A stretch of DNA of 64,000 nucleotides, taken from NCBI RefSeq assembly GCF_001194135.2, contig NC_068992.1, positions 44,738,570 through 44,802,569 on the forward strand. Direction: 5' to 3'. The notes under the pieces are model-generated. The model was not told the origin of the DNA, ran no database searches, and saw only the letters and a program-made list of their open reading frames with translations. The stretch is from Octopus bimaculoides (taxonomy: Eukaryota). The translations under genes were made by a program, and so were the position numbers. Below, one piece after another: positions 13,148 through 24,272 of the stretch (the stretch's first letter is position 1; every line of letters begins with the position of its first letter).

Positions 13148-13395
13148 TCTATATGTATAAATGGCAATTTCTGTCTGTCCCTCTGACTGTTACCATCTTA
13201 GTTCCTGAGCCAGCGAACTAATATTCACGAAAGTTTTCATACATCTTACACTAACATCTAGTTCAATAATAGGCTGATTGTATTCCAATAAAAGTATATA
13301 ATGTGCACCCCAGGGGTGTTGGACTAATTATATGAGAAAATGAGAAGTGTTTCAAAAAGTATTAGTCTGACGGAAAGGCAGTAACAAAGAGTGAT

Positions 13396-13400
<5 letters not shown>
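13148..13400 (+). mobile_element. Helitron-N/HINE-like 5' fragment
   Basis: Starts TCTATATGTATAAATGGC...CTGTCTGTCC, typical of non-autonomous Helitron-like 5' ends. Confidence 0.35.
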
Positions 13401-13448
<48 letters not shown>

Positions 13449-14012
13449 NNNNNNNNNNNNNNNNNNNNNNNNNNNNNNNNNNNNNNNNNNNNNNNNNNNN
13501 NNNNNNNNNNNNNNNNNNNNNNNNNNNNNNNNNNNNNNNNNNNNNNNNNNNNNNNNNNNNNNNNNNNNNNNNNNNNNNNNNNNNNNNNNNNNNNNNNNNN
13601 NNNNNNNNNNNNNNNNNNNNNNNNNNNNNNNNNNNNNNNNNNNNNNNNNNNNNNNNNNNNNNNNNNNNNNNNNNNNNNNNNNNNNNNNNNNNNNNNNNNN
13701 NNNNNNNNNNNNNNNNNNNNNNNNNNNNNNNNNNNNNNNNNNNNNNNNNNNNNNNNNNNNNNNNNNNNNNNNNNNNNNNNNNNNNNNNNNNNNNNNNNNN
13801 NNNNNNNNNNNNNNNNNNNNNNNNNNNNNNNNNNNNNNNNNNNNNNNNNNNNNNNNNNNNNNNNNNNNNNNNNNNNNNNNNNNNNNNNNNNNNNNNNNNN
13901 NNNNNNNNNNNNNNNNNNNNNNNNNNNNNNNNNNNNNNNNNNNNNNNNNNNNNNNNNNNNNNNNNNNNNNNNNNNNNNNNNNNNNNNNNNNNNNNNNNNN
14001 NNNNNNNNNNNN

Positions 14013-14051
<39 letters not shown>

Positions 14052-15793
14052 TATATGTATATCTGTCTATTCATCTGTCTGTTTGCTGTATGTATGTATG
14101 TATGTATGTATGTGTATGTATGTATGTATGTATGAATGTATGTATGTATGTATGTATGTGTGTATGTCTATGTATGACTATGTAGTGAGACTAAATTGAA
14201 GTAATTGATTACTTTGTTTCGACAATTACGGAATTAATTATAGTAATTTGTAACGTAGCGTTTAATTAATCAATGATTTTTTAGTTTCTTTTATTTCACA
14301 ATTCACATCATCTGTCAAATGCCATACATTACCATTTGTACTGTAAAGCAAATTTATATCAGATGTACGTGTGTTAATGAGGTGAAGCTTAGCTGAGATG
14401 TATAATGGATCACTGAACATATAACTATTTATAGTAATAGCAACACCTAAAAACAATTTATTCAGATCGCTTCCTGATTTCTTCAGCTTAGCTTCGAATG
14501 GCAATAAGAAATGACCTTGATGATAGTATATCGATATGAACCCCAGCATGCACATCTAACAGTGTGCGGTCGATGCTGTCGAAACGTACGTTGTTCCACG
14601 AAAGAATGCTCTAAATAGCTGTTTAATAAAATTATAGATGTGGAATATCTCCGTTCACCTGATTACTATTAATACTATATACATATACATATTCAAATTG
14701 AGGGAGTGGAACAGGTAAAATACACGCAAAATATGTTTATTAGTAAGCAGTAGCTCTTAATATAATAGTTATCCAAGGAGCTATGCTCAGTGTATTTAAT
14801 TCAATGTATTCATTTTCATCCTATATTATAAATTTAAATCATAATTATATCTGTATTTTAAATTCATTTTTTTTTATTTTTATATTTGTTTAAAAATAAT
14901 ATAACTTATATAATATTGTATTTTTATATAATTTATAAATCTATGTTTTGATATTTTGATATTGTCTACACATTAATTCACCTCTCCTTTAATTAATCTA
15001 TTCGTTACGTCTTGATCTCTTTCTCTTCTTTTTTTTATTTCCTCTTTACTGCTTTCTGTCTTTCTCTTTTCCCTTTATCTTTTTATCCTATTTAGTAGTC
15101 TTTTCCATCTCAATACTTACATACAAGCATACATACGTATATACATACATGCATACATACACACATACATACATATATGTATACATATGTATATACGTTG
15201 ATGATATACATATCATGGATGCTCTGGGATGCATCATCAGTGATGCAGATGCACACCTACACTATTGTGTAGCCAAACTGATACGGTTTTAAAATGATAT
15301 CTCTGTAATTAGGGAATTAGGGAGATAGCAATTTAAATGTAATAGATTTAATGATTTAATGATTTGTAATTATATTAGGCTTTCGAATTACTATGCCAAA
15401 ATGTTTATCGACGAAATTTCCATGCAGGGCATAGACATTGTGGGTGTGTCAATATATGAAAGATGCAGGTAATGTTTTTTCCTTACTTTGTTTCACATAA
15501 AAGCTGCAGGACTTGTCCTTTATTGATCGTATACAAAAGCATGTGAGTTGGTTTGAAATCTGTACATTGACATTTCTAAGCATGCACAACCACAGAGGGA
15601 GCAGAAGAACTGTATATAGGGCCATTTAAAGTAACCGAGATTGTAATCTTTCGCTTTCCAGGCGTCAAAGATTTTCAAATTCGTTTTAAAGCTATTTGGC
15701 ACTGACAGAGCTATTTTTCAACTGCCTGAAACAAGTAGTAAACGAAGGTTGTCTGTCTGTCTGCTTGTTTATCCATCTATCTATCAACTATAT

Positions 15794-17052
15794 AAACCAC
15801 CCTATCAGGAGCTTTTAAGCTACTTTTCTAATACGTCTGGCGAGCTAGCAGAGCGGTTAGCGCGACGAACAAAATGCTTAGCTCTTCTGGCTCATATTCC
15901 AGGTTTGGGCATCACACTTACTGAAGAAGAAAACATGAATGTATTCCAATTATATTTGAAGCAACAAATTATTTCCGAGGCAACAATACAGTATCTAGGA
16001 TGTAGGTAATCCTGCTCGAAATAGCAAGCAAATCTGCTTTAGTATCCAACTTATTCCACAAGGGAATGAAAACATTGCATAATGTGATTCTAAATTCACA
16101 CTAACAGGAGGGTAAAATGACAGTGTTTCAACTGGGCGCATTTATAGGCAGAATCGTTAGACTGTGGGAAAATAGTTCACCGTCTTGGCTCTTTATGATC
16201 TGAGTTCAAAGCCTGACATGGCTGACTATACTTTACTTCTCTCCGGGTCGATAAATTAAATTACTAGTTAGGTGGTGAATTCAATTTAATCGACTTAATT
16301 TGAAGTAACAGTCAAAAGATGGAGTCAATGTAATCGAGCAAAGAATGGTATTCTGCATTCTCTACCACTACTACCTATATTACTACTGTCACACACGCTA
16401 TGACTCATGAAAGTAGTACTCGCCGTCCCTTCCATCATTCCTCCAACTTTATATGCAATAAATATTGAATTTAGTTTCTTAGATTGATGCACTGATTGAT
16501 GCTCTGATGTAGTTGACGTCTCTTCAAGCGCCAGTGCCTCGCTTTGTAGCAGTTGTAACCAGCGGTAGCATCAGGAATACAGAGAAAGTTGGCTAATATG
16601 CAGTAGCCATCAAAATGTTCAATATATACTTCTCGGTGAGAAGTTTGCCAAGCTTTTTGGGCAAAACAACTAATTGAATTTGGAAATAAGATAGTTTCTT
16701 TGCTGATACCACACGAATATTTGGAAAAGGAAAAGCAGAAATAGCTAAAGAGACAATGGAATAGTAATGTGTGTTAGTTAACAACCGGCCAATGAAAATA
16801 GACATCGATGCATAAGTAAAAGACTTCTTGAGAGCTATTTGGAATGATATCAGCTTTGTTCCTGAATCAAATAATGCGTCAATGTCGAAGTTAGAGTCTT
16901 CTCTGATGTACACACAAATGTATTCAACTGTCTACTGTAAAAATATCGCAAAGAACCAGAAGAGCTAAGCGTTTTGTTCGTCGCGCTAACCGCTCTGCCA
17001 GCTCGCCAGACGTATTAGAAAAGTAACTTAAAAGCTCCTGATAGGTTGGTTT
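15794..17052. repeat. 97-bp inverted repeat pair (15794-15890 and 16956-17052)
   Basis: Four mismatches in 97 bp by manual alignment. Each arm is unique flank plus a SINE-A head fragment. Confidence 0.9.
16135..16340 (+). mobile_element. SINE family A, decayed
   Basis: ggcagaatcgttagac...tctgagttcaaa...ccgggtcgataaattaa. Confidence 0.6.
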
Positions 17053-17254
17053 TTAAGCTAGTGCGTAACTTTTAAGCAACTAACCCCGAATGGGAAGATC
17101 TACAAACAGATCTCTAACTTGTTTTGGAGAATTTGTTGCAATTGCTTCCTACGGAGTCATGTCCCAATGATGATCATATTCATCGCTAAGAACCATGTAA
17201 AAGAAAGAAAAAAAAAACGCCGTAAACAATCGTAGTAATGAAAACATAAGAATC

Positions 17255-17422
17255 CAAAATTTCAGGATTCCAGGTCTGGATTCGGTCCGGAATGCTTTTA
17301 ATTTACTCACGGAGTCAGCCTGATTCCAAAATGGTCTGATATGTTGGGCTACGGCATCTAGGAGTAAAGTTGAAAACGTGTGTCACACTGACACACTGAC
17401 TTTCATATTTATTATATTAGAT
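17255..17422 (+). mobile_element. Helitron-N/HINE-like 3' fragment
   Basis: ggtctggattcggtccgga...cacactgacacactgactttcatatttatatattagat terminus. Confidence 0.35.
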
Positions 17423-17519
17423 ATGTTTAATTGTGGGGAAACTGTATTTCAATTAAAGTTTATCATATATATAAACAATATATGAGTATATGCATATATC
17501 TGTACATGTATGTACATAC

Positions 17520-17900
17520 CTTCATCTACATGTACATATAAATACATAACTGGGTTCATGACGTGGCAAAAGAACATGGACAAAATGATAAATAAGGTAC
17601 AACAAACAAGCAAGCCACATAGAAACATCTCCTTCATCAGCTGCCACCATTAAAACACCGGCGTTTCGAAGAATTAAGGCAGTACGCATCGTTGAAATGG
17701 TTCTTCCCACGAACACAAATTAAATTATTTTCGCGGAGGGTAGTGGCGGACGGAAAACAAGACAAGAAAACGAAACGGTGAATAAACAAACAAGTAAAGA
17801 GGCTGTACAGCCGGACGGGAAGTGTGTATGTATTGAACGCTGTGAAGCACGAACAGGAGGGGCAAAGTTCTGTCCAGGATAGTTGTACATCATTTCTCCC
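17520..17900 (-). other. Candidate upstream (5') exon and promoter-proximal region of the GPCR
   Basis: Consensus donor GAAG|GTATGT at 17520/17519 on the GPCR strand, preceded by CpG-richer unique sequence and a long (GA)n tract (plus-strand CT, about 17920-18015). Linkage to the GPCR is inference only. Confidence 0.3.
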
Positions 17901-17917
17901 TTTCCCTCACATGCCCG

Positions 17918-17925
17918 CTCTCTCT

Positions 17926-18018
<93 letters not shown>
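17918..18018. repeat. (CT)n microsatellite
   Basis: Direct reading. Confidence 0.98.
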
Positions 18019-18609
18019 ATCATTACTCCCATCGCCAGCATGAAAACTACTACTTTTAATAAAACATCATTAACTCTCCTTAAATTTCTTTGTCCCGCTT
18101 TCTCCCGCTTTCTCCCTCTTTTTCTCTCCTTCCCTCTTTCTCTCTGTGTCTGTGTCTTTGCCACTGTCCTCACTGTCTCTATGCCTACTATTACTGTTAT
18201 CCCAGCACGAGGAAGTGTCATTGAATAGTGAGAGAGGGAGTTTCAAAGTGTGACACACTAGCACACAGAAACAGAAATTAGTTTTCGCATTTATTATATT
18301 AGATGGCGTATATTTCTGATCATTTTGTGGGTGCAGTTATATAGTACACTATACCTATGAAGAACATTTTACGGAGGGGTTTATACAGTAAAACATGACA
18401 ATAAATAACGCTTGGCAGGATAGGTTATACAAATCTATTTATCTACTGACCGTAGCAAAATTTTATGTCAAAACCTAAAGAAAACAAAGAAAAGCGTTTT
18501 GTCCAATTATCCATCGCCTTTTCATGTGGTAAAATGACACACTAAATGATTGATTCCATAATAATGCGCTGCTGTGCGCTATTCTGTAAAAAAAATGTAG
18601 TTTGGTACA

Positions 18610-20640
18610 GTACAAGAACTTCGAAAATATGTATTTGAAACTGAAAAAAAAAATCCCCAAAAGTCTTTCTAACTATGTTTTATACACTGAACAAATAAAT
18701 AAGTGATAAATTATAATCTGTGGTCATAAAAAAAGAGTTATTTTGATATTACCTTTGAGGAATGATTTAAGAAAATAACTTTACAAAGTAAGTGATTGAA
18801 ACTTTGCAAGTGAAAAAAATCTCCAATAAATTTAATATCAGCTCTTGCAAGTATTAGAACGTAAGTCTATTTGGATACTCACAATGCTGCTATTGTGCTG
18901 GAAAAAAAAATAGATGACAATCTAGTAGATAAACAAATATAGTATATGTTTTATAGCTGGAATCCATCTGAAAATTAATGAAATAAATTCTAATTGTTAA
19001 TGTAAAGGGTGATTAGTTCCAGTGCTCGCATCGTTAACGTACGGAAACAATAATGCATTTCTGGATAGTATTCTAAGATATTACTTGTGACTTTCTTTGA
19101 CTTCTTCATCTCCAGAATTCTCACTTTGTATTGAGATAAGGAAAAAATTGTTTAGACTCACCAACATCTCCTAGGTAATCTACTTTGTGAATTTAATTAT
19201 CATTTTCATATACACTGGAGATATAATCAAACCAAGAATAAGTATAATAAAAATATTTCTGTGCATACTGCAGGTTGTTCTAGAGTTCTGGACTGACGCC
19301 GAAATATTGTGATACTTAGACCTTCAAGACAATGAAGTATCATTTTACAGTTGTTGCGGTTACTTAGAGAAGTGAATAGTTCACGGATTATTGCAGAGGG
19401 AAAATGGAGCATTTAATATTTTGCTGCCTTATCGACAGATAAAATATTATTACACCAGCGATAACAACAAACCTCTGAACTCTGTTCGGAATTTCATGTA
19501 GATCATACGTTCGCATATCTACACTGCCTATTATGCTTATTCAAATATTGCCAATAGTCATTAACTTTGTGATCTAGATTTCTGGTTTTGAACACAGTTG
19601 AAGTCTCGCAAAGTAATCCAAGCAACTGCTGTTAGAAGTGAAAATGATGATTGTGAGAATAGTCAGTGTTTTAAATGTTAACGTATTGGTAGCAACATGC
19701 ATAAATCGATTTGTCACTCGATGTTTGGTATGGATGTAACAATAGATCGATTTCAATCATTTATCTATAAAAAAATATTATGGAGCACGCAAACCCAACA
19801 CAACTAACACACACACGTACACATCACGATACACAAACGTACACGTACATATCAATTCCTAACTACATATCTGTCTATTGTCTGTGTGTGTGTGTATATA
19901 TGTGCGCACTTGTGTGTGTTTGTGTTTGTCCCCCAACCATCACTTGACAACCAATATCTATTTAATCCCTTTATCTATTTGTCTATTTATCTATATCTCT
20001 ATCTATCTATCTGTCTGCCTGCCTGCCTGTCTGTCTGTCTGTATGTATGTATGTTATTAGTATAGTAACATCTACAAAAAGCTACTTCTTTTCCACTCAC
20101 CAAAGTAAATGGAGCGAAGAAATTGTATCATCAGACGCTATCCAATGATCATAGAGTGTTCGGACTCTGAGCCATAACAAGAATTTCGAAACTATATATT
20201 TGAAACTAAAACAATTCCAAGTCTTTCGAAACTATATATTTGAAACTAAAACAATTCCAAGTCTATCTAACTATGTTTTATACACTGAACTAATGAGTGA
20301 TAATTTATAGTCTTTGATAAAAAAAACGAAGTTACTTTGTTATTACCTTTGAGGAATGATTTAAGAAAATAACTTCCCAAACTAAGTGATTAAAACTTGG
20401 TAAGTGAAGAAACCTCCAATAAATTTAATATCAGTTCTTGCAAGTAATAGGAGGTAAGTCTATTTGGATACTCACAATGCTGCTATTGTGCTGGAAAACC
20501 AAAAAAAAAAACCAAATAACAATCGGGTAGATAAACACATATATTGTATGTTTTATAGCTGGAATTCATCTGAAAATTACAAAATAAGCACGAATTCCTA
20601 ATGTAAAAGGTGATTAGTTCCAGTGGTTGTATCGTTAAGG
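18610..20640. repeat. Local direct duplication of about 420 bp (18610-19035 and 20175-20640)
   Basis: Colinear homology with scattered substitutions and two perfectly identical islands (45 and 35 nt). Confidence 0.9.
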
Positions 20641-20724
20641 AGCAGAAGCATCGAGAATCGAAACCACAAGCATAAGATCATAAGTGCAACACCCTAACAA
20701 TTAAGTCATGAGCCTCCTCATATG

Positions 20725-20757
<33 letters not shown>

Positions 20758-21105
20758 TTATGTATGTATGTATGTATGGATGGATGTATATATGCGTGTC
20801 TATCTATCTATCTATCTATCTATATATATATAATATTATTAGGGACAAAATCCAAAATTACAGGTAAAAAACTCAATTAAAATCAATTTATAAAAAATTA
20901 AAATTAAATTGAGCCTTATAGATAAAGTATATATAAAATATATATAGTTTTACGGAAAATAACCAATTTTCAAGAACTCATCGATGAAAATCCACTATCA
21001 CATATAGAAAAATTAATAATTAAAAGCACAATAAATGAGTATAATATAAAGTAAAGTAAATATCATAAGATAAATATAATATATATATATATAGATATAG
21101 ATATA

Positions 21106-21450
21106 CAGGGCAGGGAATCGTCAATTAGTAATAAAATTAATAATTAACAATTTTGCCGGGTAGCTCAGTATGAAAAAACCTTATCGGTAAAGCCATTTAT
21201 AATCATAAATATATAAGGATTAGCAGTAACCTGCTTCTCCAACATACTGAGAATTCAGAAATAGCAGCCAAAGAACTACTGATTCCAAAACTACAAATTT
21301 TTCTCCAGATTGATAGCGATATTTATGACACACACAGAACAAAAAACAGAAGAGAAGAGTAAAAAAACAACTTGCCTTTCGTTAATTTAGTACGACGTTT
21401 CACAATTAAGAGCATGAAATACTCCATTCTGATCTTCAGCTAAATATTCT
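21106..21450 (-). mobile_element. Penelope-like element pseudo-LTR-type repeat carrying the hammerhead
   Basis: The same sequence recurs at 22086-22252 and inverted at 22253-22457. The hammerhead is at its 5' end, and inverted partial copies are typical of PLEs. No RT or GIY-YIG ORF is seen, so the classification is inferential. Confidence 0.5.
21385..21445 (-). ncRNA. Minimal type I hammerhead ribozyme motif (PLE-associated type)
   Basis: Minus strand: AUUUAG-CUGAAGA-[31-nt stem II hairpin]-GAAAC-GUC-GUA^CUAAAU. Perfect 6-bp stem I, intact core, palindromic stem III. Folded by hand. Confidence 0.65.
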
Positions 21451-21799
21451 AATAAATCTGCTAATGTCTAAATAACTCACGTTAATTTTGACCATGCGAC
21501 ATCAAGACCACGTGAGGCAGACATTAAGAAATTTGTCGGCCAGTGAGTTTAAAATCTCTCACCCTAATGAAATTCAATTCAGTGTGTATCATAAATAGTC
21601 CCGCATAGAAAAAAGTCCCGTACGAACTTATATATATATATATTATTGATAATATCTACAAAAGCTTCTTCTTTTTCACTCCCCAAAGTAAATAGAGCGA
21701 CGAAATATCAGACTGTATCCAACGATCACCGAGTGTTCCGACTTTGAACCTTAACAGCCTCCCGTTTGTAGGTCAACAAAGGTAGCTAAATCACTCCTA

Positions 21800-22010
21800 C
21801 ACCCTGAGTTCCAGTTTATCTCTTTTGCTTCATATCCAAGAAAAGGTTCTTTCGGCTGCCTCTCCATCATGTGCACAGACACTTTTCGCTTTTATCCTCT
21901 CATTCCAGTAGTGGTAAGCATCCGCCACACTGACTGGGCAGGGAATTCCCCTACAGTCAGCTTCCATTGGGGAACCTCATGACCGCCACCATTCCTCCCT
22001 GCAATCCTTC
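21800..22010 (-). mobile_element. HERO/NeSL-like RLE LINE C-terminal fragment
   Basis: Translation WWRS*GSPMEADCRGIPC...GEAAERTFSWI*SKR resembles the PVEVGCRGF...EAAEKASRWLWLKR end of HERO-type ORFs. Confidence 0.6.
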
Positions 22011-22085
22011 AGAATACATATACGTATTATATACCGTTAGATAGCAGAGAGACATTTACTGCCTTTGTATATATATACATATATA

Positions 22086-22457
22086 TATAATCATAAATAT
22101 CTAGGGATTGATAGTAACCTGCTTCTCCAACATACTGAGAATTCAGAAATAGCAGCCAAAGAACTACTGATTCCAAGACTACAAATTATTACTCCAAATT
22201 GATAGCGATATTTTTGATACACACAGAACAAAAAACAGTAGAGAAGAGTGAAGTGGTTTTTTCACTCTTCTCTACTTGTTTTTTGTTCTGTGTGTATCAA
22301 AAATATCGCTATCAATTTGGAGTAATAATTTGGAGTTTTGGAATCAGTAGTTCTTTGGCTGCTATTTCTGAATTCTCAGTATGTTGGAGAAGCAGGTTAC
22401 TGTCAATCCCTATATATTTATGATTATAAATGATTTTACCGAAAAGGTTTTTTCATA
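22086..22457. repeat. Head-to-head inverted duplication of the PLE-like repeat (167/168-bp arms, 8-nt spacer)
   Basis: 22086-22252 is the near-perfect reverse complement of 22261-22428. The right copy continues into the gap at 22458. Confidence 0.9.
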
Positions 22458-23231
22458 NNNNNNNNNNNNNNNNNNNNNNNNNNNNNNNNNNNNNNNNNNN
22501 NNNNNNNNNNNNNNNNNNNNNNNNNNNNNNNNNNNNNNNNNNNNNNNNNNNNNNNNNNNNNNNNNNNNNNNNNNNNNNNNNNNNNNNNNNNNNNNNNNNN
22601 NNNNNNNNNNNNNNNNNNNNNNNNNNNNNNNNNNNNNNNNNNNNNNNNNNNNNNNNNNNNNNNNNNNNNNATATATATATATATATATATATATACATTT
22701 AATACACACTACAGACACACATACATACACGTGTATGTGTGTGTGCACATCTATGTATATATGTGCAATATAAGCATACGTAATATACTGGTTTTGTTAC
22801 AACCTTGACTGACCATAATTACCAGCGTATCATTTTATATATATGTTTAGTGAGATAATAACGTTGAAGATAATAATAATTCAGTGAGTTCAATCTATAT
22901 TAATCTATATTAAATAGTTGCTTCCTTATGATCGACACTTGTACATAGATCATAAAAAAAAAAAAAAATTGCATGTTTAGCCTTGTCTGACTGAACATGC
23001 AGTTGTTATCTTGAATTGTGCATATGATGGTGAAATTATGCATGCAAGCCACATAAATTTGCGAGATAAATCTTTATTGAATGTTAAGTTCAGCACCAAA
23101 AATATTGTTTCTGACAGCTGTTATGTTGATAGCTGAATGTCGAATGAACCACTTAAATTCCGCAGCGATACAGTTATTGACGATATCTGATCAACAGCTG
23201 AAATAATGGCGTATATACCAAGGAGGCCAAA

Positions 23232-24060
23232 TGAAGTGTCGGCTGAAATATACATGGGCTAACAATGGTTCTTTCCAGGAATGTCCCCAAATGAGGTTTA
23301 TTTTTCAACATAGTCCCCCTTTCAGTTCATACACTTCAGTCAATACACTTCTATTCAGTCGATACACTTCTAACTCATCAACAGCAAATAAGAGGTCATC
23401 ATCACAGCGATACTGCTTCCCAACCAAGTGTTTTCAGAAGCTGGGGAATAGATGATAGTGAGATGGTGCCAAATCAAGAGAAGAGGGAGGGTGATCAATA
23501 AGTTCAAAGGCACAGTCACACGCACCAGGCATTGAATTCAAGGACTTTTGTATTGGCGCATTATCCTGATGGTACAAGACCGCTTTCGTCAGTTTTCATG
23601 GCCATTCGGTTTTGATAGAAAGTTAGCATAGTACTGTCCATTGATCGTGTGGCACTTTTGAAGATAGTCAATAAACACAACACCTTCCTTGCAAATAAAA
23701 CAACCCTGGCTTTCTTTGGAGCAGGTGAAAAGGGATGTTTCCACTGCATGTATTGTCTCTTTGCCTCTGGCTCAAAATGATGAACCCAACACTCATCCTG
23801 GCTTAGGAAACATTCAAGGAAACCAGTTGGATCTCCATCAAACAATGGAAGCCTGTTGCGCTTTTGATCATGTGTCAGAAGACTTGGCATTCACCGAGCA
23901 GAATATTCGTCAGTCAAGCTCATTGTGTAGTATATTCTCAATTCTGTCACGGAATATGCTAATAGCATTGGCTATTTGATTTATAGCCCATCGCCAGTCA
24001 TCCCATAATATAGCAACCATGCCAGTATGGATGTCATTCTGTGTTAAAACCTTTTTCTAC
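23232..24060 (-). mobile_element. Degenerate mariner transposon (DD34D-type)
   Basis: Translations include PSLLTHDQK, SQDECWVHHFEPEAKRQYMQWKHPFSPAPKKA, HQDNAP, HPPSSLDLAPSHY and ELKGDYVEK*. A degenerate TIR (tgtcggctgaaatatacatgggct) lies near 23237. Stops and frameshifts are present. Confidence 0.9.
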
Positions 24061-24181
24061 AGCTACCTGGTAATAACCATGATGTCAACTTTTCAAGAGA
24101 AGTTGCTACTAGTTCCATTTAAAGTCTTCTTTGAGCAGTCAGTTTTCAGTTGGGAAGGAAGCTTCTCACCACACAACCAGA

Positions 24182-24183
<2 letters not shown>

Positions 24184-24270
<87 letters not shown>

Positions 24271-24272
24271 CA
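24184..24272. repeat. (CA)n microsatellite
   Basis: Direct reading. Similar tracts lie at 27484, 42660, 49069 and 56048. Confidence 0.98.

Larger units (their letters stand above)
20060..21757. repeat. Local direct duplication of about 120 bp (20060-20180 and 21645-21757)
   Basis: atctacaaaa(a)gct.cttcttt...caaagtaaat.gagcga.gaaat...gagtgttc.gact is shared by both copies. Confidence 0.8.

Noticed and set aside
20960-21000. Minus-strand TCGATGAG-TTCTT-GAAAATT as a third hammerhead
   Set aside because: The core reads UCGAUGA rather than CUGAnGA and there is no stem II. It folds better as a simple ATTTTCA/TGAAAAT hairpin.
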